Below, piece by piece: positions 13,185 to 25,882 of a DNA stretch of 64,000 nucleotides (position 1 is the stretch's first letter; each line of letters begins with the position of its first letter). Under the pieces are notes generated by a model that saw only the letters and a list, made by a program, of their open reading frames with translations, did not search any database and had not been told where the DNA came from. Made by a program: the position numbers and the translations under genes. The stretch comes from Octopus sinensis (taxonomy: Eukaryota): assembly GCF_006345805.1 (NCBI RefSeq), contig NC_042997.1:118854001-118918000 (forward strand). The letters run 5' to 3'.

Positions 13185-13285
13185 ACATATATATATATAT
13201 ATATATATAATATATATTATATATAAAACATTAATATATATATATAACATATATATATATATATAAAATATTATATATATATAAC

Positions 13286-13327
<42 letters not shown>

Positions 13328-13390
13328 ATATATATAACATATATATATATATATATATAACATTTTATATATATATAATATATATTATAT
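13025..13390. repeat. Long degenerate (TA)n tract
   Basis: Direct reading; interrupted TA repeat with recurring AACAT units. Confidence 0.95.
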
Positions 13391-13572
13391 AAAAGGGCTT
13401 AGTAAAATAAATTACTTTGCCGCATACTGAACTCATTAGAAATAGCAGCTAAAAAACTTTTTTAAAACTATTTCTAATACTTAAAGAAAATCTCTCTCAT
13501 ATATAGTGTTTGCTTAATTCAACTCACAAAAGTTTGGGGGTAAGGACATCGAAAAATCAAATGCTAAGGTTA

Positions 13573-13630
13573 TTTGAGAACGTACGTTTCAAGATTAGTC
13601 AAAACAACACTTCTATCATCAGCTCAGAAA
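13573..13630 (-). ncRNA. Minimal type I hammerhead ribozyme, copy 1
   Basis: TGAG-CTGATGA-T-AGAAGT..ACTAATCT-T-GAAAC-GTAC-GTT-CTCA: stem I TGAG/CTCA, intact CUGAUGA and GAAA, palindromic stem III AACGTACGTT. Confidence 0.7.
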
Positions 13631-14117
13631 TTCCTTGGTTTGGATTTGGAAACACTGAAAATAAGAACATACCCTTTCGAAGATCTGCTCGTAACTAACA
13701 GTGCCAACAAATTCAAATAAGCAAGCGAAGAATCTCTGTTCTCCCCTTTCCACCAGCGTGGGTTAAAATCATCAAACACTATGCTTATTTCGGTAAAATC
13801 CGAAGCATTAATCAGAGGGAGATTAATTATAATTTCAACAATTGAGGGCAAAATTAATTAATTATTAATCAATTTCACCAAGTGTTCAGTATGCAAAGGG
13901 ACCATTCAAGGCGAATTCAAATTATTACATTATATAAAAGGGCTTAGTAAAATAAATTACTTTGCCGCATACTGAACTCATTAGAAATAGCAGCTAAAAA
14001 ACTTTTTTAAAACTATTTCTAATACTTAAAGAAAATCTCTCTCATATATAGTGTTTGCTTAATTCAACTCACAAAAGTTTGGGGGTAAGGACATCGAAAA
14101 ATCAAATGCTAAGGTTA

Positions 14118-14175
14118 TTTGAGAACGTACGTTTCAAGATTAGTCAAAACAACACTTCTATCATCAGCTCAGAAA
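14118..14175 (-). ncRNA. Minimal type I hammerhead ribozyme, copy 2
   Basis: Identical to the 13573-13630 motif, 545 bp away. Confidence 0.7.
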
Positions 14176-15074
14176 TTCCTTGGTTTGGATTTGGAAACAC
14201 TGAAAATAAGAACATACCCTTTCGAAGATCTGCTCGTAACTAACAGTGCCAACAAATTCAAATAAGCAAGCGAAGAATGTTATTTTACATATTTCTTGTA
14301 ACAAAGTCGTATATCTATTTTAAGGCGTTACTTGACTTCTAGTTAGAAACTTAAAATCTTAACATCTCGAAGAAATATCGTTACTGGTCGTTGAATTATC
14401 GTTCTGGATATGTCGAGATTGGATAAAAATATTCAATGACATTTGAAACGAAGCCATATTGTGTTATGAATCATCAGTGCAGCTTAATTACAGCGTTAAT
14501 CAAAAATAATTGGTATCAGTAACACATCATGTTGAGATTAGAGAATAATTTAAAAATAAGAAATAACAACTACTATTAAACCCTTCAAAATCTAAGAAAT
14601 GACAGAAAAGAGAGATAAAAAATATTTGAAAACACTAATGAATTCTTTTTTCTTTTTGTTTTTCCCTCGTAGAGAATGACAAGCTATCTTAACTCTAAAA
14701 CAATAGGAATGTAGTTCCCGGAAATTTGTTGAATGAATTAAACTACTTGAGAAGAGTAATTAATGATTTGAAACAATCATTATTCTTTAACTAAAAAAAT
14801 ATGGCGATTATAAAATTAACATCGCTGTTTACGTTATACGTAGTATAAGCGTACATAAAACTGGGTGAGTAAAGAGTTTCCTTTGATATAGGGTGTTTCA
14901 GAATCCGATCATATTAGAACATGTTTTTTCGATGTGGAAATTGGTAAACAAAAACCATATATCGATGTATGTGACGCGTTAATCTATGCGTTTATAGAGT
15001 ACAAATGTATTATTCTTATACAAGAATGTTGTTGACAATGACTTCGAAGTTTCAGCCTGCTTAGCTAAAAAGTT

Positions 15075-15115
<41 letters not shown>

Positions 15116-15254
15116 GTATACACACGTTCATTTTTTGCTCAGAAAATTTAAGAAAAATTGATATGGTCACCATATAACTTATAAGCGCTTCTTATAATGT
15201 ATATAACATCTATGCACCAACACGACCCTAAATAACACACACAGGCACGTGTGT

Positions 15255-15294
<40 letters not shown>

Positions 15295-15434
15295 CAACGA
15301 CCTCGAACCCACAAGAGTAAACAAGAGAGACAGAGACAGGCAGAAACAAGGAAAATGCCACTTGTATTTGAACACTATATAAATATTCTTTAAAAAAATT
15401 TTTTTAAGTTATGTAAATTTAATTGCTTAATTGC

Positions 15435-15473
15435 TACAGTTGAAAAGTTACAATGTCTGAAACCGGTACTGAA
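15435..15473 (+). ncRNA. Degenerate minimal hammerhead motif
   Basis: CAG-TTGAAAA-GTTACAATGTCT-GAAAC-CG-GTA-CTG: stem I CAG/CTG and palindromic ACCGGT stem III, but a decayed core. Confidence 0.35.
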
Positions 15474-15637
15474 ATGTTTTTTATAAAAATATTTCACCGT
15501 TTTCTATCTTGACATTTTTTTCCATATGTATATATATTTATTTTTAACTTTTATATTCTTAAATTAATTTTATGTATCGGCTTATGTTTTTCACTGTTTG
15601 ATTTGCCTAATAGTGGTTTTATCTCTAATTTAATATA

Positions 15638-15698
<61 letters not shown>

Positions 15699-16370
15699 GC
15701 CTTCAAGGCCTTTGAGACTTGAAGACTTGTACAAGTTTTGTTTTTTTGAAGCTTAAGACTTTTCATACACCCCATGTATATATAAAGAACGAGAGTGATA
15801 AGGGAGATAGATTGATATATTGAGAGATACTTTCATAAATCGAAATTACAGAAACCGAGACGTATATAGTTGTGCTCCTTAGCGTTTGCTGTCTAACTTT
15901 GTAACCCTGCTTGTTTTTCCCTTGTTTTCCTTGCAGGTACTAGTTTAAAACGTTTACCTGTTCGTGTGTTACAGATCGCTAAATCAAGCGAGATGCCAGG
16001 ATGAAATACTTAAGTGACTGAAATCATTTAAGGTGTTTTCCCTGAAAGGCCGCAGCCCCGTATATGAAGCAAAAAAAAAATGTAAAACATGATTATTCAA
16101 GTTGTGAGGAAATATTGAATGAAGGGGTAATTGATGGATAAATTAGTAATGACATTCTGATAAGGAAAATCAATAAATAATATTGTCAGAATGGGTTATT
16201 GATTTGGGTTACCGATTTAGGTACACGACCCACAATCTTCATGCGGATCGATAAATGGCAATAACCTCTGGGGTATTTGAACATAAACAACCCAGAGCAT
16301 TTGAATGCTCTTTTCAATATATTTAATCTAATTTAAAATATTATATTATGTCTGTATATTTTTTAACCAT

Positions 16371-16693
16371 GGAGGCGCAATGGCCCAGTGGTTAGGCAGG
16401 CGGGACGCGGTCATGGGAGTGCGTTTTCGATTCCCAGACCGGATGTTGTGATTGTTTATTGAGCGAAACACCTAAAGCTCCATGAGGCTCCGGCAGGGGT
16501 TGGTGGCGAACCCTGTTGAACACTTTCACTACAACTTCCTCACACTCTTTCTTCCTGCTTGTGTTGTACCTGTATTTCGAAGGGCCAGTCATGTCACACA
16601 CTGTGTCACGCTGAATCTCCCCGAGAACTACATTACTCGTTAATTTCCCGAGCAGGCTGGAACCCATGTCGTCGTAACCGACGGAGTGTCACG
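16371..16693 (+). mobile_element. tRNA-derived SINE family A with 12-bp TSD
   Basis: Head GGAGGCGCAATGGCCCAGTGGTTAGG...TTCGATTCCC; TSD ATTTTTTAACCA at 16358-16369 and 16694-16705. Confidence 0.88.
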
Positions 16694-16802
16694 ATTTTTT
16701 AACCAAGAACGTTTATAGTTAATATTTGAAGTAATTAGTTCCGGAAAATTCTATTTTTAGATTTGTACACTTAAAATGTCTATCGTCCATATTCAGGTAA
16801 GT

Positions 16803-17015
16803 AAGGCGGCGAACTCGCAGAATCATTAGCACGCCGGACAAAGTACATCATTTCATCCGTATGTACATTCTGAGTTCAAATGCCGCCGGAGTCGACTTTG
16901 TCTTTCACGCTTACGGAGCCGATAAAATAAGTATGAGATGAGCACTGGGATCGATTTAACCGATATAGCACCTCATCCAGAATTGCTGATTTTGTCACAA
17001 AATTTGAACCCAATA
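16803..17015 (+). mobile_element. SINE family C (short tail)
   Basis: AAGGCGGCGAACTCGCAGAATCATTAGCACGCCGG head, GAGTTCAAATGCC B box, tail TTGTCACAAAATTTGAACC. Confidence 0.8.
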
Positions 17016-17171
17016 TTTCGGCAGGTAGAAATAAGCCTATGCCTTTTAGTTAATCCCATATAAAACAGATAGTCTCTGGATTTGTTCCCTGTATATTTCG
17101 ACATAATTAATACAAAGCTTCAATTTCCCACCAAATAGCTGTTTCAGCCTATTATTAACATACCAAATATT

Positions 17172-17362
17172 GACTTCAAATTGTCGCAGAAGTCTAGCAA
17201 TTTCGAAGAGAGAGTTAGTCGATTACATCGACCCTAGCTCTTGACTGGTCCTCCGACAGGATAAAAGGTGGAGACGACCTCGGCGGAATTTGAACTCAGA
17301 AGTGCAGACGGCACTAAGCATTTTGCCTGGTGAGCTAACGATTCTAGCAGCTCACCACCTTA
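17172..17362 (-). mobile_element. SINE family C (short tail)
   Basis: Reverse complement of the family C head and core. Confidence 0.75.
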
Positions 17363-17550
17363 TGCACACCGAATGTTATGTTTAGTTTCTATTTACTTCA
17401 GGTTTTCTCAGATTTTTCGTCACACATCTGTGACCTGATCAATATATATATTCCCCCTACCATATATTTCCTGATATTTTCCCAGTACAATTCTGTATAT
17501 AATATAGTTTAATTCGCTCTTTCAGTTTACTGCACTTAATATATTAACTG

Positions 17551-17842
17551 TGGATGCACATGGCCAAGTGGTTAGAGCAGCGGACACGCGGTCGAGGGAT
17601 CGCGGATTCGAATCTCAGACCGGGCGATGTATGTGTTTATGAGCGAAACACCTAAGCTCTACGCGGCTTCGGCAGAAGGTAATGGCGAAAGTCTGCTGAC
17701 TCTTTCGCCACAACTTTCTCTCACTCTTTCCTCCTGCATCTTGACGCTCACGGTGTCCCGTCTAGGTGGGGAACCTATACGCCAAGAAACCGGGAAACCG
17801 GTCCTATGAGCCAAGAGTGGCTCGAGAAGGAACAAACAACAA
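17551..17842 (+). mobile_element. tRNA-derived SINE (family A variant, AAC tail)
   Basis: TGGCCAAGTGGTTAGAGCAGCGG A box and GGATTCGAATC B box; flanked by an AATATATTAA duplication. Confidence 0.8.
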
Positions 17843-18828
17843 ATATATTAATTCTTATTAGATGTTGATTATCTACGTAGGCTGATTTCCCTCTCAGTAA
17901 AAGCTAATAAACTAGCATAATTTTATATTCTGACGTTATGCAAGGTGAGAAACATAATCTGTAAATTATGAGAATAAACTTCTTACACACTGCTGCAACC
18001 ACAACGCCATATATATATCAACATAGAGATAATATAAATCACACAAGCATGTGAAATTATAGTCACGAATATACAGATATGTTCTTTCATTTGAAGACTA
18101 TTATAATTAGATCACTTCGGGGGAAACGTAATATTGAAGGAATGCTGTCATTTTACGAATATTCGGAAGAATATTATCAGCCATAAGGCAAATGAAATGA
18201 GTGGCCAACATGAAAATGTATTTCTATTCAGACATAAATGAGTTCGTTCCGTATGTATGACCTAATATCAATAACAATTCATTTAGTCGGGAACATATAC
18301 CAAGCAAAAGAATTGGTAGTTATGAATTGCTGGAAGCTCGAGGAATTTACTGATTGAACACACAAAATCAATTCACGCATTCCTAAAGACATATAACGCT
18401 GTATATTATTATACGCACAGTATAAGAAGATCAGGAACAAAGCATGCAAATCTAATAACTTTTTCACAGCATATACCCTCACATACTACTGCACACTTGA
18501 CGACACTACAACACACACTGGCAGACTCACACATACATACATACAATTACGCAAAAAATCTGAGATATATCTGCATTGTGTTAACATTCCCAATATCTAA
18601 ATAACAAATATCATAAGAATAAAATTGTACTCATTCATAGCATTTCTTACACACTGCAGAGACTTATCTTCAGTACACTATTTTTTAATCTAATTTCCTA
18701 TAGTTTTTTTTGTAAAATACGTATGTACAACACCCTGACCCGCGCACACAGAGAAGTGTACATAGGTTTACATATACTTATGCATGTACAAATATATCTA
18801 TATGTATGTATATATATCTATATATCTA

Positions 18829-18829
<1 letters not shown>

Positions 18830-18921
<92 letters not shown>

Positions 18922-18932
18922 CTCTGTGTCTC

Positions 18933-19000
<68 letters not shown>
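18830..19000. repeat. Compound (TCTA)n-(TC)n-(TCTG)n-(TA)n microsatellite
   Basis: Direct reading. Confidence 0.95.
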
Positions 19001-19002
<2 letters not shown>

Positions 19003-19079
19003 AATATATATGTATGTATATTCTTAAAGTCTTTTCTTGTTTTATACGTTTCAGCCTAAGGCTGTGGCCGTGCCGGAGC

Positions 19080-20570
19080 ACCACTAGTATAATCACCTTT
19101 TCAATAGCTAATGATATGTGATTGGCTTTTGGCGAAAGAGGGAGTTTGATACTTTTGCTCTATTTTGAGTTTACTACCTTGATATTGGTCCATCTGGCAT
19201 TGTTGCCTCTTGAAAACATCTACACCTGCTATAGAAGATCCCTTCAATGTTTTAGCAAGGTGTTAATTGGCCGTGGGGCCTTAAATTCCAAGCTGTTGCA
19301 GTACATGATCCTCACTATAGACGGGAATAGCTGGGCGTTTTGGAAGAGTGCAGTCACGTCCGGTTCTGATGTTAGTATACTTCTGGATGTCAACGTTTGG
19401 TACCTACCCGTCCAGGATCATCCATATGTATATCAATGCATACCTCTCCTTTTCTCGCTGTAAGGAATAGAGCCGTTGATCCATCAGACTATTTCACTGA
19501 ACCGCCTCAAGTTCCGCTATTAATCTCACACTGTACGGAGACCACAGTTTCTTGGTTCCTTGTTCTGAAGGTTCTGAGAATCCATCTGGTCATTCGCCTG
19601 CACACTGCCACCATCTTGCTGATATGCATGTAAAACGAGGCATCCTTGCTCATATCGATCCCGAGATTACACACCGTATGTAATTCCGTGATCACCGCTC
19701 CTTTTGGTCCAAAATATCGGTGTTGCAACTTGTTGGTAGCAATTAGATGGAATTTACATGCACTGAATTGCATGTTGTTTTCTTCAGATTATTCATATAT
19801 TGTACCTGAGTCTTTCTGCAGAAGGTTAGCACCAGAATGCTCCTTGACTGATTGTACTGCTTTTGTGTCTTTGGCTTAGCTAATAAGTGTGTCTATCTGT
19901 GTAACTGATGGCATGTCTGAAAGAACCACCATGAACACTAGCGGCCCTAATACAGCTCTCTAAGGAACTCCAAACTTTATTACTGTCTCCTTAGAGGGGG
20001 CTGCGTTTCTGTCTTTTAAGAAGTCATGCAACCACACTCCCACTTTTCCGACTATGCCGAGTGTCCCTAGCTTGTGACGTAGCATCGCATGATCAATCTT
20101 ATTAAAGGCTTTTGCAAATTCGAGATAAATCACATCAACGTTTGAGCAATTCGTTAATTGTTCCAACACCCAGTCATGATGCTGCAAAAGCTTCTTGAAC
20201 GGAAATCATGCTGGGTCATGAAGAAAGCCATTATCTTCACGGAACGCAAACAGTTTCCTTCTGCCAATGCGTTCCATGATTTTCCTGACACAAGAGGTTA
20301 GAGAGATAGGAATGTAATTATTAGCATCTGCTCTACGACTTCCCTTATGGGTAGAATATATTATGCCTCCCGTTAACGTTTTGGGGAGTCTCTCAGTTTC
20401 GAGGAAACACCGGAGGAGAATCTGTAGGGGTCTTGCTAGAGCCCCTTTGCATTTCTATACGAGAATTGCTGGGAACACATTCGAGGCTGAAACTGAGTTT
20501 GAGCTTCTTTCAACAATGGCTGACGTTAAATCTGCGTCCTCTATTTTGAAGTTATCAATAATTGGCATTC
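19080..20570 (-). mobile_element. Degraded CR1-group LINE reverse transcriptase
   Basis: Minus strand: NNYIPISLTSCVRKIMER, VDVIYLEFAKAFNKIDHAMLRHKL..GIVGKVGVWLHDFLKDR, GVP, later RRMTRWILRTFRTR. Many stops and frameshifts. Confidence 0.8.
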
Positions 20571-20682
20571 TATTGTGTAGTGGTGTGGTATTTACATGTG
20601 TATATGTAAATGAAAATACATAAACACACACACGCTCATGTATATATATATGAAACAAATCCTGAAGAAACGCATATCTATG

Positions 20683-20741
<59 letters not shown>

Positions 20742-20825
20742 GAAATATGTAGAATAAAATCGAACGCACGTATATGAACACTAGCACAGCAAGTGTATTA
20801 GTTCGACGTTTGGGAGAAGTGAAGA

Positions 20826-20866
20826 CATCTTTACGTTTCGAGCCTATGCTCTTCAACAGAAAAGAA
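20826..20866 (-). ncRNA. Minimal hammerhead-like motif (CUGUUGA core variant)
   Basis: TTTT-CTGTTGA-A-GAGC-ATAG-GCTC-GAAAC-GTA-AAGA; stem II GAGC/GCTC; ACGT palindrome. Confidence 0.45.
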
Positions 20867-20928
20867 TAGGAGATAAGAAACAGACCAAGAATGAAAAAAG
20901 CTTGTAGAATTCAGCGGTCCACCATGCC

Positions 20929-20967
<39 letters not shown>

Positions 20968-21079
20968 TAGATATATAGGTTAAAAGTTATATTAACGACT
21001 GAGGCTGTATCTCTATTTATATCGAGAGGTAATACTTATTGTCACCTAAACGTGGGAAGATGAATCGCCGCTTTCTCTA

Positions 21080-21455
21080 GCGGTCGAGCGTTTATCATTG
21101 ACAAGACCAAAGAGAGTCGAAATCATGTGATCTAGTAGTCTCAGCGCTTGGAATATAGGGAATTTATCTCCATGCTAGCGATGTAAACAAGAATGCATTT
21201 TACATAGAAACCAATATAAGAGTTTCTCTCATGGTGTCAACTTATTTTGTTTTTTATAACAGAACGTCCACATTTAAGTGGGAATGAATAATACCCTTCT
21301 GCATTAATATTATCTCTATCGTTAAAATATGTTTTTTAACGATCTCACTGGTTAATCAGAGACCAACCTTTGTTCTGGCACTATTTTTTCTATATATCGC
21401 TGGCGGTCAAGCGTCCGTCATTGACAAAACCAAGAAAGGTCGAAAGCAAGCATTC
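21080..21455 (+). repeat. Two ~45-bp related motifs 323 bp apart, each resembling a decayed hammerhead
   Basis: GCGGTCGAGCG...TTGACAA-GAC..GTC-GAAA-TCATGTGA-TC at 21080-21132 and GCGGTCAAGCG...TTGACAA-AACC..GGTC-GAAA at 21403-21445. Confidence 0.45.
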
Positions 21456-21699
21456 ATATTACCCTAACCTGATCCATGTAAATCCATAATTTTTACCCAC
21501 TTGTGTTATTTCTCTTACGTTAAATTTTCTAATTATATGAATTACAATAGAAAATGAAAAGAAACAAAATTCTTCTTAAATGAAATGTAATAAGATTGAA
21601 AACAAAATCTATAACTGTCACCTTGCGTGAAAATTTTATCAAATTTCTCTTTTAAGTTATTTCCTGGGAAATAAATCGGTAATTCCTGCAAGGCATCAC

Positions 21700-21712
21700 T
21701 CACACACACACA

Positions 21713-21756
<44 letters not shown>

Positions 21757-21988
21757 ACACACCCACACTCACACACACATACACACACCCACACTCACAC
21801 ACACATACACATAGACGCACAAACACACACACACATCACTCCACGTTATATATATAGTCATTTGCGTGTGTATATGTGTGCGTGCCTTGTATGTATGTGT
21901 GAGCATTGTCTTCCACATTCTCATGTGGTATAGCGTGTGGTACTTATAAACGTACAAACACACACACATACATACACACACAGCCACC

Positions 21989-22037
<49 letters not shown>

Positions 22038-22155
22038 GAGCACACATATAATATGTTTATGCTATATTTTTACAGTTGTCAATATGTGTATACTTGCACA
22101 TATTTGTGACTATGTATGTGTGTATATACATGCATACACACATACACGCATGCAC

Positions 22156-22200
<45 letters not shown>
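21700..22200. repeat. (CA)n/(TA)n/(TG)n low-complexity tract
   Basis: Direct reading. Confidence 0.9.
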
Positions 22201-22203
<3 letters not shown>

Positions 22204-23509
22204 CTGTGTGTACGTGTATGTGTATGTCTTGTGTGAGTGTGTGCCTCTGTGTCCCTGTGTGTACTTAATACGTATGTGGATTGAAGCAATTTGAATTAAA
22301 AACTTAAGAGTATTGATATATCATTTCTCGAGACTTGAAATGATTAAAACGAGAACATTAACACCAAAAAGTTACAATAACAACATCGATTACAACATAA
22401 GTAGCAACGTAAAAAAACCGCTGAGTAGCCACTTTATGGGTAAAGTCTGTTCTGTAATAACAGAAATCTACTACCTTATACTGTCTCTGGTATTTTTATA
22501 TGAAAACCCTTCTCTCTCCTAAAAGTACGTCTTTATTCAGTAAAAAATAATTATTTTCTTAAATAATCAATATATACACTAATGAAAGAGAAACTTAAGC
22601 GGTAATTCTCATATCAACGGTTTCTTCCCTTGTTTGGAATTCATATTAAGCGGTATTGCTATTCGAAAGTAAGTGCAAGTGTATTTTTTCTATTACATGG
22701 GATAGTATTCAAAAGTGGTTTAAAGAGAAATCGGTTTCGGTATTTTCTTTCTTCTGTAAAACTTCCTTACTTAAAACAGGTGATAAAATTTATTCCGGAA
22801 AGCATAATTCTATACGAAATTTTTTCCAGTAGAATGCGATTCCTCTTCATTGGTGTAAATTTCATTTTATGGCAGCATACACTAATATTTAGACTGTAAA
22901 TCAACCAACGAGCGGCCAGAATTGTTGGCGCACCGGATAATGTGGTTTGCAGCCGTCCTTGAGCTTCATCCCTTTTAGGACCAATGAAATATATACCTGT
23001 TGATGTAATCGACTTAGTCGCTCTACCAAAATTACTGGCCTTAGGCCAAAATTTGAAATTAATATTTCGACGACATATCTTTAAGCGAAAACGTAATTTT
23101 GTATATTTATTTCCACACATATTTATTTCCAACTTAACCTTATGAACTTTCTAAACTCTCTAACGAAGCCCAGAGGTACACCCAAGTACCTTAATCTTAT
23201 CTACCAAATACCTCAGTTCACTGAAGGGATGGGAGTAAATTGGGGTACTATGGTCTCTTGACTGAAACAGCTATAAGATACTATTCTATTTTCCATGCTC
23301 TACGTTATATATTTTAATAATTTCTGGTATTTTTATTTTTTATATATTATATATGTAAAACATAAGTTATACATGTATGCATATTGTTGTAATTGTGTTT
23401 TAAAAAATAGATAAAGAAGGGAGATTGATGCTTTCCTGAGAGTGGTGCAGGCTGCTTATCGGTGTTTCAGGTCCTATGTGGAACAAATAATTGTGTTGTG
23501 GAGTATATC

Positions 23510-23892
23510 GTGGCACTGTGTCGGTTACGACGACGAGGCTTCCAGTTGATCCGATCAAGCGGAGCAGCTTGCTCGTGAAATTAACGTGCAAGTGCCTGAG
23601 TACTGCACAGACACGTGTACACTTAGCGTAGTTCTCGGGGAGATTCAGCGTGACACAGGGTGTGACAAGGCTGGCCCTTTGAAAAACAGGTAGAACAGAA
23701 ACAAGAAGAAAGAGTGAGAGAAAGTTGTGGTGAAAGTATACAGAGGAGTTCGCCACAACACCATGCCGAGGCCTCGTGGAGCTTTAGGTGTTTTCGCTCA
23801 ATAAACACCCACAACACCCGGTCTGGGAATCGAAACCGCGATCCTATGACCGCGATTCCGCTGCGCTAACGACTGTGCCATTGCATCTCCAC
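23510..23892 (-). mobile_element. tRNA-derived SINE family A, full length
   Basis: Reverse complement closely matches the 16371 and 60196 copies (GGTTTCGATTCCCAGACCGGG...CTGAATCTCCCCGAGAACTAC...GTCGTCGTAACCGAC). Confidence 0.88.
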
Positions 23893-24342
23893 TGCGGAAT
23901 ATAATTGAGCAAATAAGAGAACATAAACTCCAGCTGCTTCGTAATTTCATCGACTTGAATATATCAATTCATAGGGTTCACTGAAATACATTCAGGAATA
24001 GCTTGAAAATCTATGGGATCCCGAACAGTTGTATCAACATGTTTAAGTTTCAGTAAAGGAATTCGCAATGATGCGTGAAGACGAGCAGGAGAGCCGATGA
24101 TATGCTCAAAAGTAAGACGGTGGGTTAGTAGAAACGTTAGCACGCCGGGCGAACTGCTTAGCGGTATTTCGTCTGCCGCACATGTGTTCGTGAAGTAAGA
24201 ATTGCTGTTTCGTGGTGTTAATATTGTTAACAACTGTTGTTTCTTGTTAAACTGTTGAATAACTTAACTGTTGGAGTTTTCAATTGAAAACACTTAGTGC
24301 TTGTGGTAGCACGCGTTGTTCATTCCCCCTTTGGGGGGAAGA

Positions 24343-25871
24343 ATGTCGTCTAGCATGGAGCCTACCGTTGGAGCAGAAATACTTGTTTCTCCTGTTGAGA
24401 GGAGGAAATACATGTCCGGCGAGGAGCCAACTACAGACAAGGAAATAGGGGTTTCCCCCGCTACAAGAAGGAATAGCAGAGAGGATAATATATTTGATAT
24501 TTTTGGAGATGTGTCTGAGAGCTCGTCAGAACTTTCACCAGAAGAGTTTCCGACTTTGCCAGAGAACAAAGGCATTGTGTCGAAGAGAATAATTGAGGTG
24601 CCTAGCATCCAGATAGAACCAAAAAATGGAAAAAAAAGTTTTGCGTTGGCTGCTGGGGGTGGAACCCAGATACTGTCGACGAATAAAAGCGAAATTATGA
24701 AATACAGCAAAATGATGGAAATAAATGACAACAGTGTGAAAATTGAACCTCCGCAAAAGTTATTACAGGAAGAAAAGCAAAAAACAATAATTTTCAAAAC
24801 ATATTGTCTACAAAATAGAAAAATTGAAAGAATGTCAGAAGAGAAAATAGAAAAGTGCTTAAAGCCAATATTGGGCGACGTAGTATTTCTGAGAAGAGGA
24901 AAAAAATTCGGAACGGTGGAAGTAAGGTTCACCAATAAAGAAATAGCACACAAGAACTCAGTGGAAACGTTGAAAACGAACGACGTGGAGTTAATACCCT
25001 ATTATATGGGGATGAGGACGTCGCGAATAAAAATTACAAGGGTCCCGCCAGAGGTCGAACCTATGTGGTTGTTGGCGGCAGTCCTAATCAAAGAGGTAGA
25101 AAAAATTACTCTCCTCCAGGCTACCGCTACGGAAAACCCACGCTGGGATGGTCAAACAATTAATCTTCTCATTCAAGCGGACCCTAAAATAATTCAAACA
25201 ATTCCTGAGACAATTGAGGTATGGGAGGAGAACCTCGTGGTGTTTGTTGAGGGCCGAAAAGCTCGATGTTTTTTATGTGGTCAATTAGGCCACATTCGAA
25301 GGAACTGCAAGGAAAATGAAGAAGAGGAGGAAGAGGAGAAAAAAGACAAAGAGGAAGAAGATAAAGAAGAAACAGATGAGAAAAAAACAACAAACAAAAG
25401 AAACATACAACCAGCAACCCAGCCGAGAGCGGCGACTACTACAGAACAACGACCAAAAAAGACTGCCAGAAGAGAAAAAGAAGAAAAGGCATAATAGCCG
25501 TATACACTAAAGATACTGAGCTCATGAGAGACATTCAACTCATAAAGACTGTAACAAAAATTGATAACCTTTCAGAGGAATTTATCAATTACGACATATA
25601 TGAAGTCTCAAATAAGACTTATAGAATTCTACAAAATAAGTACAGAAAGACTGTATCTTCATTGAGATTAGATTTTAACAAGTCGATATTTCATGGATTA
25701 CCAGCTCCGATCCCGCGAGAAAAGGAAAAGGTGGAGATTCCCCCTCCACCTGATAATTCTGTGTCGGTGGTGAGACGGGATTTTGACAAATCTATTTCCC
25801 AAGACCGTCCACCTCCGACCCTGGATAAAAAAAAGGTGGAGAGTCCCCCTCCACCGGACAATCCTAATTAA
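24343..25871 (+). pseudogene. Tx1 ORF1 (gag-like nucleic-acid chaperone, CCHC zinc knuckle), one frameshift near 25470-25490
   Basis: ORF 24316-25494 contains CFLCGQLGHIRRNC (CX2CX4HX4C) and an acidic/basic tail. ORF 25524-25871 extends upstream in frame (KGIIAVYTKDTELMRD), consistent with a frameshift in the purine run. Confidence 0.85.
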
Positions 25872-25882
25872 ACAGGTAAGTG

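Larger units (their letters stand above)
13386..14278 (-). mobile_element. 545-bp-period tandem repeat (~1.6 units), each unit carrying a minimal hammerhead; Penelope pLTR or retrozyme-like
   Basis: 13386-13733 is repeated essentially identically at 13931-14278 (identical ORF calls at 13510 and 14055). Minus-strand hammerheads at 13573-13630 and 14118-14175. Confidence 0.7.

Noticed and set aside
16371-16445. tRNA gene calls for SINE heads (also 1335, 17551, 23820, 60500)
   Set aside because: A and B boxes are present, but there is no full cloverleaf, and each continues into a shared SINE body, often with a TSD.
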